Positions 1-11,018 of a stretch of 41,775 nt of DNA are shown piece after piece. Below the pieces are notes generated by a model. The model made no database searches. It worked only from the letters and a program-made list of their open reading frames with translations, and was not told the DNA's origin. The position numbers and the translations under genes are program-made. Location: NCBI GenBank assembly GCA_019358935.1, contig JAHHIK010000072.1, positions 1 to 41,775 on the forward strand. Direction: 5' to 3'. Source of the DNA: Tolypothrix carrinoi HA7290-LM1. Lineage in GTDB: Bacteria; Cyanobacteriota; Cyanobacteriia; Cyanobacteriales; Nostocaceae. How positions within the stretch are numbered: position 1 is the first letter of the stretch; every line of letters starts with the position of its first letter.

Positions 1-1305
<1,305 letters not shown>

Positions 1306-1410
1306 TTTCAGATCTCCTTATTTATACCTATTTTCTGTAACGATGCTTTTAATAAAACCCCTGGTGTTGATTGCTTCCCTTAAACGTCGGGAAACCACTC
1401 AATTGAGCTG

Positions 1411-1433
1411 CCCGACTTCTAAGAGAAGTCGGG
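1411..1433. repeat. Intergenic palindrome CCCGACTTCT-AAG-AGAAGTCGGG (REP-like hairpin)
   Basis: Perfect 10-bp inverted repeat with 3-nt loop in the divergent promoter region. Confidence 0.7.
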
Positions 1434-1668
1434 GATCTCAGGATTGGGACTAGAAAGTCAAATAAAGCACAATTTGCGCGAAAAATAGTATTAAAGAATT
1501 TTTAGCTTAATTGTAAGTTTAAAGAAGTTAAGTGAATATTTTGTGAAGTCGGCAGTTAAAATCAAACAGTAGCGCTACCAACACATTTAACAAAAGTTAG
1601 ATTTGTCAGAAATATTTTCAATAAATATACTTCTCCCGACAGATGCAATAATAAATAAGTATTTATAA

Positions 1669-3576
1669 ATGAAGATTTTGCTAGTAGAGGACGATCAAGC
1701 AGCTGCTGAAGTGTTAAAGAATATTCTGACGCATCAGCATTACACAGTCGATTTGGCTGATGATGGTGAAACTGGACTGTCCCTTGCCGAAATGTTTGCT
1801 TATGACTTAATTTTGTTAGATCTTATGTTGCCAAAGCTGGATGGTCTAACGTTTTGCAGACAGCTACGCGCTCAAAAAAATGATACGTCGATTCTGCTTT
1901 TGACAGCTTTGGACAGTAGCACAAGCAAAGTTATTGGGTTAGATGCTGGAGCTAATGATTATGTTGTTAAGCCTTTTGAAGCTAATGAGTTATTAGCTCG
2001 GATACGTGCATTGGTGCGTCGAAAAACTCCAGCTCTCTCTTCAGTAATAGAGGCAGGAAATGTCAGGCTTGATTCTACTAGTTCTAAAGTGACCTGCAAT
2101 GGACAAATTTTGCCTTTGACTGCTAAGGAATATGCTTTACTAGAGCTGTTTATGCGTAACAGTCACCGGATATTTAGTCAAGAAACTTTGCTCGATTATC
2201 TCTGGTCATCTGAAGAAATGCCTTTAGCGAATACTGTCAGAGCGCATATCAAAGCTTTACGGCAGAAATTGAAGCAAGCTGGAGCGGATGATTTGATTGA
2301 GACAGTCCACGGACAGGGGTATCGGCTGAAATTACAGCAAAATGGGCATTCTCAAGTTAAGCTTTCTGCTGCAACAGCGCTTGATATTCAACCAACACAA
2401 GTCGATGCGACAGTAGTAGAGCGATACCAACCACAATTATCCTCAGCGCTGGCTGACATTTGGAAGCGATTTCAGCCCAAGTATAGCGATCGCATCACAA
2501 GTTTAGAACAAAATATAACGCCGCTGCTTGCAGGTACGCTAACTGAAGAACAAGCACAACAAGCACAAGCATCAGCGCACCAGCTAATCGGATCGCTGGG
2601 TAGCTTTGGTTTTCTTGAAGCGTCACGTCTGTCTCGTGAAATTGAAAAAATTTTTCGAGCTGGAGTAAAACAAAGTCGAGTTGAAGTTGAACGTCTTTCT
2701 CAATTGCTTGTAGCGTTGCGGCAAGAATTGGAACGACCAGTGACAATTGCACCAGATGCTCGAGCGAAGCGCTGCCTATGGCAGCGCTTCGCTAACATTA
2801 AGCAACAACCCTACTTGTTAATTGTCGATTTGGATGTGCAACTAAGTCAGCAATTAATACAGGAAGCTGCAATCTGGGGAATTCAGGCTTTAGTTACGAC
2901 ATTAACTTCAGTTAGAGAAGCGATCGCCCAAAAATGCCCGGATGTGGTATTACTCGATTTGGGCTTTTCTAACTCTATTGAAAGTGGCTTAGAACTGTTA
3001 GCAGAACTGACCACTAATAATTGGGATGTACCCGTGCTGGTATTTTCGGCAGTTGAAGACTTTGCCAATCGGCTAAAAGTAGCTCGTCTGGGGGGACAAA
3101 TTTTTTTGCACAAACCTGTACTTCCTGCCTCTGTAATAGCAGCAGTTATCCAGGTGCTACAGCGGTCTGACATTGTTCACGCAAAAATTATGGTTGTGGA
3201 CGACGATCCCCAGATGTTGAACATTTTACGCAGTTTACTAGAGCCTTGGGGATTCGAGCTAACGCTGCTAGATGACTGCGCGAGCTTTTGGCAGACATTA
3301 AACGCATTTAACCCGGATTTGCTGATTTTAGATGTGGAAATGCCATTAAGCGGTATTGAGTTATGCCAAGTGGTGCGAAACGATTTATACTGGAATCAGT
3401 TACCCGTGTTATTATTATCACATCACAAAGATGCAGAGACAGTGAATCGGGTATTTGCTGCGGGTGCAGATGATTATCTGAGTAAGCCAATCCAGGGACC
3501 GGAATTAATTGCTCGTATAATGAATCGGCTGGAACGCACAATTATTTTGAATAGCGCAAGTTCTATAAGAAGATAA
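1669..3576 (+). CDS. Multidomain response regulator REC-OmpR wHTH-HPt-REC-REC (RcaC-like)
   Basis: MKILLVEDD/ILLDLMLP/YVVKPF receiver; LTAKEYALLELF...IETVHGQGYRL winged helix; HPt motif AHQLIGSLGSFG; two further receivers (VLLDLG..LHKPV; MVVDDD..LILDVEMP..YLSKP). Confidence 0.92.
   Translation: MKILLVEDDQAAAEVLKNILTHQHYTVDLADDGETGLSLAEMFAYDLILLDLMLPKLDGLTFCRQLRAQKNDTSILLLTALDSSTSKVIGLDAGANDYVVKPFEANELLARIRALVRRKTPALSSVIEAGNVRLDSTSSKVTCNGQILPLTAKEYALLELFMRNSHRIFSQETLLDYLWSSEEMPLANTVRAHIKALRQKLKQAGADDLIETVHGQGYRLKLQQNGHSQVKLSAATALDIQPTQVDATVVERYQPQLSSALADIWKRFQPKYSDRITSLEQNITPLLAGTLTEEQAQQAQASAHQLIGSLGSFGFLEASRLSREIEKIFRAGVKQSRVEVERLSQLLVALRQELERPVTIAPDARAKRCLWQRFANIKQQPYLLIVDLDVQLSQQLIQEAAIWGIQALVTTLTSVREAIAQKCPDVVLLDLGFSNSIESGLELLAELTTNNWDVPVLVFSAVEDFANRLKVARLGGQIFLHKPVLPASVIAAVIQVLQRSDIVHAKIMVVDDDPQMLNILRSLLEPWGFELTLLDDCASFWQTLNAFNPDLLILDVEMPLSGIELCQVVRNDLYWNQLPVLLLSHHKDAETVNRVFAAGADDYLSKPIQGPELIARIMNRLERTIILNSASSIRR
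2763..2793. repeat. SDR-like palindrome inside the response regulator coding sequence
   Basis: AGCGAAGCGCTGCC-TAT-GGCAGCGCTTCGCT, a perfect 14-bp stem, read in frame as AKRCLWQRFA in the HPt-REC linker. Confidence 0.7.
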
Positions 3577-3611
3577 TTTCGTCTTCACTTGTGTCAGTGG
3601 GAAATTTACAA

Positions 3612-4566
3612 ATGGTAAATCAACCATCGTCTGATTACGATAGTCCTTGGAAAGAAGCGTTAGATGTATATTTTGAAGCTTTCATGGAATTATGTTTTCC
3701 GGAAATTCATGGTGATATTAATTGGTCAAGAGGCTATGAATCCTTAGATATTGAGTTACGAGAAGTAGTAAGAGATGCTGAAACAGGAAATCGATTGGCT
3801 GATAAATTGGTAAAAGTTTGGCTGAAGGATGGGCAAGAAGTTGTTGTGTTGGTACACATAGAAATCCAAAGTCAAGTAAAGTCAAACTTCGCTAAAAGGA
3901 TGTATATTTACAATCATCGCTTGTTTGATAGATATGACCAAGAGATTATCAGTTTGGCTGTGTTGGGAGACGATCAAACATCTTGGAGACCAATAAGTTA
4001 CGAATATTCACGTTGGGGATTCCAAAGTAGTTTGCAGTTTCCAATGGTGAAGTTATTAGACTACCAACAGCGATGGAGTGAGTTGGAAATTTCTTCTAAT
4101 CCTTTTGCTGTGGTAATTATGGCTCATTTAAGTACTTTAGAGACGAATGGTAATCCCCAGCAACGATTACAATCACGCATTAAGCTTAGTGCGAGGACTT
4201 TACGAGCGCGGCTACACTAGAAACCAGATATTGGAGTTGTTCCGACTAATTGAATGGATGATGGTGTTACCGGAACCTTTGGAGATTAGCTTTAAAGAAG
4301 AATTAAGACGAACTCAGGAGGAAAGAAGAATGCCATACATTACAGGTTTTGAACGGGATGGAATGGTTATAAATGCTCGCGAGTCGGTAATTGATGTTTT
4401 AGAGACGCGGTTTGAAGTGGTACCGTCCGAGTTGAGTAATCGTCTTGAGGAAATTAAGGATATTACTGTACTCAAAAGGTTACTCAAACAGGCTATTACT
4501 ATAGTTTCTGTGGAGGAGTTTGAGCGGTTGCTGGATGAAATAGCATCACAAAATCTGTCAGATTAA
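3612..4566 (+). pseudogene. Frameshifted Rpn/YhgA-like (PD-(D/E)xK, DUF4351-type) putative transposase/nuclease
   Basis: DYDSPWKE..LADKLVKV..LVHIEIQ..RMYIYNHRLFDRY in ORF 3591-4220 continues as LSLVRGLYERGY..LFRLIEWMMVLP..MPYITGFER in ORF 4147-4566; one extra base near 4173-4180 splits the frame. Confidence 0.8.
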
Positions 4567-4612
4567 ACTGCCGCAGGGGATTTTAACTACTTTGTGTTCT
4601 CGTCCCCCATTA

Positions 4613-4722
4613 CCTCGTTACTAGACTAGAGCCTAGTAACGCAGTCTGCGAGGCGGAGCCTCGACTATAATTAATGGAGGCACCGACCATAATGCATTCC
4701 CATACAGAGTATGGGAACGAGG
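4613..4722. mobile_element. ~110-bp structured REP/MITE-like element between convergent genes
   Basis: Ends CCTCGTT...AACGAGG; internal hairpins CGTTACTAG/CTAGTAACG, CGAGGC-GGA-GCCTCG and TTCCCATAC-AGA-GTATGGGAA. Confidence 0.65.
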
Positions 4723-4769
4723 AAAAACGGATCGAAGCTGATATCCTGAGCAAATAATTTTCGATGGAT

Positions 4770-5159
4770 TTAACTGCACAATTTCTCAATTTTTACCAAT
4801 AATTCATCAATTTTAACGGGTTTACGAATACAGTCATTTGCACCTGTATCTAATGCTTCTGCCACACAAGCTTCATCAGAACCCGAAACTATCAAAATGG
4901 GAATCTTAGCTGATAAGGGATTCTCGCGGATGCGTCGGGTTACTTCTACCCCGCTCATTCCAGGCATAATTACATCCAGCAGCACGATAGAAGGTGGTGA
5001 GGCTTCAATTTTAGCTAAAGCCAAACTACCATTATTAGCGGTATCAACCTCGTAACCTTCTTCTTCTAAAGCAGTTTTCAATAAAAACAAATTAGCTACG
5101 GTATCGTCCACAGCCAAGATTCGACAACGCTGGTTTGATTGCATAAAGCAAAACCCCAT
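4770..5159 (-). CDS. Single-domain response regulator (CheY-like receiver)
   Basis: ILAVDD, VLLDVIMPGMSG, IPILIVS, IRKPV; true start may be the ATG at 5144. Confidence 0.9.
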   Translation of the reverse strand: MGFCFMQSNQRCRILAVDDTVANLFLLKTALEEEGYEVDTANNGSLALAKIEASPPSIVLLDVIMPGMSGVEVTRRIRENPLSAKIPILIVSGSDEACVAEALDTGANDCIRKPVKIDELLVKIEKLCS

Positions 5160-5371
5160 CAGTCACATGAGGTAAAAATACTAAGGTTAATAAGTTTTTA
5201 TGCTGCCAAACATTTAAATTATTAAATTTTTTCTTTATATATCTTAATCAAACGCCAAAAATACTAGTATTTGCAGACACACAGAATCCATATGTCACAA
5301 ATCCGGCTAGATAGCACCCTGATGATTGTAAACAATTGTTTTTCTTGCTGTGCGATCGCAGAAATAAAGAT

Positions 5372-6277
5372 TTACAAAGTCTTGAATTCTCCTAAGGGGT
5401 TGACTTCAAGCTGTTGTTTCTCGGTTAAACACATAGCAATGCCTTTCTCATAGTATGCAGCTTCGTTGATAAAAATTGGATAAACAGTTGACGATCCTGT
5501 GTAGGCGATCGCCTGACCATCAAAGGTAAGAAAAATCGGCTCGCCGGGATGAAGAGCTTGATAATCTTTAAACTGAAGTTGCGGGTGAATCATCGCTTTA
5601 ATTTCCCCATGCTCGTTTCTAGGGAAATCAATCACCCCCGCATATCGATAAACTGTCAGCGGGCTATTTATATTTTCAATTATACCTTGGTTCCTTCTTT
5701 CTAAATAATCCAAAACTGCGTAAACAAGTGACTCTGTTTTTTGAAATAATTCTGCGTTCAACACAGCTTGAGCCACCGGACCGACTTCAATCGCAAAACC
5801 AAAATCGCACAGAGAACGAAGTAAAGTACTTTCTTGCTCAAGTGGCGTATAACAAACTTTTACCTCTGGATTAATTAAAGTCAAATAAGCAGCCAATTGC
5901 AAAGTAAATGGATGCAGATCGCCTAAAAGAATACTCAACCCCATATTTGAAGTTGTACTGTGCAAATCCACAATTACATCTACCTGAGATTTGCCTTTGG
6001 GTCCGAGCATTTTTTCAATAACTTTTGCCCGCATTGCTTCATAACCAGTAAGTGTTGAATTCTGCAAATCTTGACTGAAAAAGCTGCGATTTAAATCTTT
6101 ATGAATATATCGTCTGCTTTCTTTAAAAGCTTCGGGATTTCCTAATAATGTCAGAGTTTCAAAACTAGGGCGCTTAACTAAGTTTAAGTGCTGCTCAAAC
6201 TTTTTGATCAGGTATACTCCTGTGAACTCATTTCCGTGGGTTCCCCCAACAATTGCTACGCGATTAATTTTGTTCAT
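5372..6277 (-). CDS. Aspartoacylase (ASPA/AstE family)
   Basis: GGTHGNE Zn motif, [31 protein letters not shown]. Confidence 0.93.
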   Translation of the reverse strand: MNKINRVAIVGGTHGNEFTGVYLIKKFEQHLNLVKRPSFETLTLLGNPEAFKESRRYIHKDLNRSFFSQDLQNSTLTGYEAMRAKVIEKMLGPKGKSQVDVIVDLHSTTSNMGLSILLGDLHPFTLQLAAYLTLINPEVKVCYTPLEQESTLLRSLCDFGFAIEVGPVAQAVLNAELFQKTESLVYAVLDYLERRNQGIIENINSPLTVYRYAGVIDFPRNEHGEIKAMIHPQLQFKDYQALHPGEPIFLTFDGQAIAYTGSSTVYPIFINEAAYYEKGIAMCLTEKQQLEVNPLGEFKTL

Positions 6278-6381
6278 ACTGTTGCCACAAATGCTTATTC
6301 TTGTTTTCTTTCCATCACAGTAAACAAAAATGATATTATATGTCCAATATTTTGTTTATTAATAAACTATATTTAAAAGAT

Positions 6382-7287
6382 ATGGAACTTCGACATCTGC
6401 GTTACTTTATCGTTGTGGCTGAAGAATTAAACTTTACGCGTGCAGCGGAACGTTTACACATTGCCCAGCCACCTCTAAGCCAGCAAATACAAGCGCTAGA
6501 AGCTGAATTAAAAGTGCAACTGTTTGAACGTAAAAAACGCCCGTTACAGTTAACGGCAGCAGGACAAGTTTTGTTAACAGAAGCGCGTTTGGTTTTTGCG
6601 ACTGTTGAACGGGCAATAATTTCGACAAAAAGAGCCAGTCGTGGTGAGATTGGACGCTTGGTGGTGGGGGCTAATAGCTCGATCGCTAATAGTGTTTTAC
6701 CAGATATTTTGCGAGTTTTCCGCTCGCGCTTTGGTGATGTAGAATTGGTTTTGCGCGAACTAACTTCTAGAGAGCAAGTGCAAGAGTTGCGATCGCGTGT
6801 AATTGATGTTGGTTTTGATCGGCTACCGAATGAAAATGAGAATGAATCTGATTTGAGTTTTTTGCCGATTTTACAAGAATCTTTGGTGATTGCTTTACCC
6901 GAACAACATCCTTTGGCAGACCAACTTCAAATTCCACTTAAAGCTTTAGCTGACGAACCTTTTGTATTACCTCCACCTGATTTAGTACCTTCATACAGTC
7001 AAATTATTAATTTGTGTCAGCAGGTAGGATTTACGCCAAAAGTAGTACAACAAGCAACATGGATGATTACTGTATTGAGTTTAGTTGCGGGTGGTGTCGG
7101 TGTGGCATTGCTTCCTGCTAATGCTCAAAATTTAGTCCGAAAGGGAGTTGTTTACCGAGAAATCCAAGGAGAAAATTTGACGCGACAGCTAGCTGTGATT
7201 TGGCGACGCGATGATTCATCTATAATTTTGCGCGAGTTTATTGCAGTAACAAAGGATATAGCGCATTGGGTAATGGGTAATGGGTAA
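6382..7287 (+). CDS. LysR-family transcriptional regulator, divergent from the aspartoacylase gene
   Basis: MELRHLRYFIVVAEELNFTRAAERLHIAQPPLSQQIQALE HTH and a substrate-binding domain ending VAGGVGVALLP; start placed at ATG 6382, not 6340. Confidence 0.95.
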   Translation: MELRHLRYFIVVAEELNFTRAAERLHIAQPPLSQQIQALEAELKVQLFERKKRPLQLTAAGQVLLTEARLVFATVERAIISTKRASRGEIGRLVVGANSSIANSVLPDILRVFRSRFGDVELVLRELTSREQVQELRSRVIDVGFDRLPNENENESDLSFLPILQESLVIALPEQHPLADQLQIPLKALADEPFVLPPPDLVPSYSQIINLCQQVGFTPKVVQQATWMITVLSLVAGGVGVALLPANAQNLVRKGVVYREIQGENLTRQLAVIWRRDDSSIILREFIAVTKDIAHWVMGNG

Positions 7288-7404
7288 TGGGGAATGGGGA
7301 ATGGGTAATGGGGAGTGGGGAGTGGGGAGGGGGGAATGGAAAAAACGCTTTACCACGTTCCCAATTCCCAATTACCAATTAGCAATTACCAATTAGCAAT
7401 TACC
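7265..7404. repeat. Inverted heptamer STRR arrays (TGGGTAA/TGGGGAA ... TTACCAA/TTAGCAA)
   Basis: G-rich heptamers at 7265-7340 and complementary heptamers at 7358-7404; could fold into a long hairpin after the lysR gene. Confidence 0.85.
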
Positions 7405-7601
7405 ATAAATCCTACCTATATACTTGACGTTTATCCCATTAGATAGAAGATAAAGTTAATTATAAAAGTTAAGTTAGTTACAAAATTAATTAACAGAAAA
7501 ATAGTTGAAAACAGCTTTTGCTGTAAATTTGTGTTGTCAATTTTGGTTAATTAAATTAATAGTTTAACAGTTGAAGAAGAAACTTTTGGAGTTTTGTCAT
7601 C

Positions 7602-8117
7602 ATGAGTAAAGCTGAAGAAACTAAGACTAACACCGGTTCTAAACGGGGATTTGGAGATTTAGGAGTATTGATTGCTTTATCACTGTTAGCAGCAATGTTT
7701 CGGGGATGCAATTTTAGTCAACCGGAAACAACTCCGGCTTCCAAGCTGGTTAATACATCGGAAATTACTTATAATCCAGACCAATTTATGTATAGAACTG
7801 TGACTATTAGAAGTAAAGCGCTTGATAAAGTCGGTCTAGCTTCTTTCACAGTTAAAGATAAGCAATTATTCGACAGTGAACCGATTGTAGTTGTGAATGC
7901 TTCAGGTGTGCCTTTCAATCTACCCGCAGACAGAAATATAGAAGTTCAAGTTACAGGTTCGGTTCGCAGATTGAACATTCCCCAAATTGAGCGCGACTAT
8001 AATTTGAACTTGCAAGATGAATACTATAAAAAGTATATCAATAAACCTGCGGTTATTGCTCAGGAAATTAAGGTAGTACCGCAGCAAAATCAAATCACTC
8101 AAAGTATAAAGCAATAA
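7602..8117 (+). CDS. Hypothetical protein, probable lipoprotein
   Basis: GGAG RBS upstream; hydrophobic stretch ending in GC; soluble beta-rich domain (YRTVTIRS...IEVQVTGSVR). Confidence 0.7.
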   Translation: MSKAEETKTNTGSKRGFGDLGVLIALSLLAAMFRGCNFSQPETTPASKLVNTSEITYNPDQFMYRTVTIRSKALDKVGLASFTVKDKQLFDSEPIVVVNASGVPFNLPADRNIEVQVTGSVRRLNIPQIERDYNLNLQDEYYKKYINKPAVIAQEIKVVPQQNQITQSIKQ

Positions 8118-8132
8118 CTTTAACTTTACAGG

Positions 8133-8316
8133 CATTGGGTAATGGGTAATCGGTAATCGGTAATGGGTAATCGGTAATGGGTAATCGGTAATGGAAAAAG
8201 CTTTTTATTCCTTGTCCCCCTTGTCCCCACACCCGTCGCCCCTTGTCCCCACACCCGTCGCCCCACACCCGTCGCCCCTTGTCCCCACACCCGTCGCCCC
8301 TTGTCCCCTTCCCCCT
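8133..8316. repeat. Composite STRR block (GGTAATC/GGTAATG heptamers, then CCCTTGTCC and CCCACACCCGTCGC units) between convergent genes
   Basis: Tandem units visible at 8133-8194 and 8211-8316. Confidence 0.85.
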
Positions 8317-8321
8317 CTTTT

Positions 8322-11018
8322 TCATGTATCGGTTTTGAATGTATTAACAGAGTCTTCTAATTGCAATGTTACTTGTTGTGTTTGTTGCAAAGAGTTAAAC
8401 ACCATGTAAGATGAATTTGCAGTGTGTTCTGAAGCTGCGGCAAGATGTTGCATCTTTGAAGCGATCGCACTCGAACTTTGTGCTTGAGATACGGTTGCAT
8501 TCTTAATCGACTCCGCTAAATCATCAATTTGGCGAGATACTTCTAAAATCTGCCCCAGGTTATGCTTGGCATCTTTAATTGTATTTGCTTTTTCTAGCAC
8601 TTCCCTAGTTTCTATTTGTATAGTTTTGACGACTTCGCTAGTTTCTATTTCGATGTTTTCTAGCATTTGTTGAACTTCTTTCGTCGCTTCTGCACATTGG
8701 GCTGCTAATTGACCAATTTGTTCTGCCACTATCGTAAAGCCTCGACCTTCTTTGCCGACCCACGCAGTATCAATATTCGCGTTGATGGCTAACAAGTTAG
8801 TTTGCAAGGCGATTTGCTTAATCAACGAGACAACGAAGGCAATTTTTTGCGAAGATTCTCCCAGACGCTTCACTTTATTTACTTTTTCTATTACTGTGTG
8901 TTGTAAATTAAAGATACTTTGTACAGTATTATCGATTGCGGCTTGGGTTGTTGCTGCTGTATCTGAAGTTTTGTTGGCAATTTCTGATAGTTGGCGGGCA
9001 TCATCTGCTACTGTTTGAATAAATAAATTGATTTTATTTACTTCTTCTAAGGTGTAATTAATTTCTTCTGCTTGTGTCAAAGCTTGATTCGCCAATTGCT
9101 GAATCACACCTGAGTTTTCATCAAGGGAAATATTTACTTGATAAGCAGCAAGTTTTACTTGATTGACAATCTGCCGCAGGTTGTGAATAATCGTATTAAA
9201 AACATCAGCGACTACCCCCACTTCACCGACGAGATTTTCTGCACCCACAGTTAAATTGCCTTTCGATGCTTCTTTAACGTTGATGAGAAGTTCTAAAAGT
9301 TGGCAATGCATTGCTTTTTGACTAAGCTTTAATTCTTCTTCTGCTTGCTTGCGTCGGGTAATGTCAGTTTGCACCCCAATATAATTGATGACTTGTCCGA
9401 ATGAATCTCGCACTGGAGAAATCGTTAATTCAGACCAATATGGTGTTCCATCTTTGCGGTAATTCTTAATTACTACCTGGCATTCTAAAGAGTTGCGGAC
9501 TGCATGACGCAATTGTTCAATAGTTGCGGGGTCGGTATCGGGTCCTTGCAAAAATCGGCAATTGCGTCCAACCGCTTCTTCGGGTGAATAGCCTGTGATG
9601 GTTTCAAATGCCGGATTGCAAAAGATAATCGGATTGTCGATCGCTCGCGGGTCGGTGATGATGATAGCATTGCTAGCGGCGGCAATGGCGCGATCGCGAA
9701 GCCGCAATACTTTCTGCGACTGCTGAAACTCATTTAAAAGACTCGCTTGTTCTAAAGCGATCGCGACTTGAATTGCTAAGTGTCTGACTAAATCAATTTC
9801 AAACTTTTGCCAATGCCGAGGTTGAGAACATTGGTGGACACACAATATGCTGATAAGCTGATTGTTAATAATAATCGGTGCAACTAAATTCGCTTTGATT
9901 TGAAAGTCTTCTAGAATCTGGCAGTGGCAATTTGTATAACCTGTTTCCTTAATGTTGTCGGTGGCTCGAACTTCACCACTTGTGTACATTGCAATGTAAT
10001 CTTCTCTAAAGGGTTCATGGACTGTTTTGCCGATGGTTTTGAGCCAACCCTCTGCTACCGATTCAGCAACGATGGTGCCACTCCAGTCAGGATGAAAGCG
10101 ATAAATAACTACGCGGTCTGATTTTAATGCTTGGCGAATTTCGTTGACGGTGGTGTAAAGAACATCTTCTGATTTGAGCGATCGCCTAATTTGCAAGGTA
10201 ATCTCTGTAAATAGTTGCGAACGTCTCGCTTCTGCTTCTTGTTTTTCTAAAAGCTTAACTTGCTGTGTCAATCGCCGATCGACAAATGAAGTCAGCAGCG
10301 CGAAACCTAAAATTACAAAGGTGGCAATGCCAATACTAACAGCTAACCAGGTGATTCCATTTTTCATCGCCCCGGTTGCAATTGCTTTTGGGTTGGTGGG
10401 TGTGAAGCGAACTGCCGCCATTCCAGTGTAATGCATCCCGGCGATCGCCAATCCCATAATCAGCGCACCGAAGATTCTTGCTAAGAGCGCAGATGTACTG
10501 GTTTGCGTGCGTAGTTGAAAGGCGACAGATAACGCTACAATTGAGGCACTAATGGCGATCGCTATCGAAACTGCAAACAGCAAGAAATTATACGTTGTGT
10601 TTGCTTCCATCCGCATTGCGGACATGCCGATGTAGTGCATTGAGGCGATGCCAATACCCATCAGGATACCGCCCATAATCAATTGCCACAAGCTCAAAGT
10701 TGGGCGACTCGCCAAAAAAAGCGCTCCTGCGGAGGCAATAATCGCAGGTAATATTGACAGCAACACCGTCAATATGTCATATGTCATCGGTATCGGTAGA
10801 CTGAATGCTAACATGGCGACAAAGTGCATCGACCAAATACCGATGCCCATAACAATTGCCCCACCAATCAACCAAGCGGTTTTTGCCCAAGATATGGCTG
10901 CTGTTACCCGTCCTGCCAAATCCAAAGCAGTATATGCGGCTAGGACGGCGATCGCTATCGAAAGCGATATAATACGCGGGTCGTAGCTGCTGCTTATAGC
11001 TACATCTGCCGTCAGCAT
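8322..11018 (-). CDS. Methyl-accepting chemotaxis/phototaxis receptor: MHYT + cyanobacteriochrome-type GAF + LOV + HAMP-like + MCP signalling domain
   Basis: MHF/MHY/MHYT motifs in transmembrane helices; GAF DRVVIYRF..AESV..TNCH..KANLVAPI..HQCSQPRHW; exact LOV motif GRNCRFLQG; QTNLLAINA..GRGF..VA; RBS GAGGT precedes ATG at 11018. Confidence 0.92.
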   Translation of the reverse strand: MLTADVAISSSYDPRIISLSIAIAVLAAYTALDLAGRVTAAISWAKTAWLIGGAIVMGIGIWSMHFVAMLAFSLPIPMTYDILTVLLSILPAIIASAGALFLASRPTLSLWQLIMGGILMGIGIASMHYIGMSAMRMEANTTYNFLLFAVSIAIAISASIVALSVAFQLRTQTSTSALLARIFGALIMGLAIAGMHYTGMAAVRFTPTNPKAIATGAMKNGITWLAVSIGIATFVILGFALLTSFVDRRLTQQVKLLEKQEAEARRSQLFTEITLQIRRSLKSEDVLYTTVNEIRQALKSDRVVIYRFHPDWSGTIVAESVAEGWLKTIGKTVHEPFREDYIAMYTSGEVRATDNIKETGYTNCHCQILEDFQIKANLVAPIIINNQLISILCVHQCSQPRHWQKFEIDLVRHLAIQVAIALEQASLLNEFQQSQKVLRLRDRAIAAASNAIIITDPRAIDNPIIFCNPAFETITGYSPEEAVGRNCRFLQGPDTDPATIEQLRHAVRNSLECQVVIKNYRKDGTPYWSELTISPVRDSFGQVINYIGVQTDITRRKQAEEELKLSQKAMHCQLLELLINVKEASKGNLTVGAENLVGEVGVVADVFNTIIHNLRQIVNQVKLAAYQVNISLDENSGVIQQLANQALTQAEEINYTLEEVNKINLFIQTVADDARQLSEIANKTSDTAATTQAAIDNTVQSIFNLQHTVIEKVNKVKRLGESSQKIAFVVSLIKQIALQTNLLAINANIDTAWVGKEGRGFTIVAEQIGQLAAQCAEATKEVQQMLENIEIETSEVVKTIQIETREVLEKANTIKDAKHNLGQILEVSRQIDDLAESIKNATVSQAQSSSAIASKMQHLAAASEHTANSSYMVFNSLQQTQQVTLQLEDSVNTFKTDT

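Noticed and set aside
8095..8409. Short ORFs 8095-8325 and 8191-8409
   Set aside because: Derived from stop-free STRR repeats.
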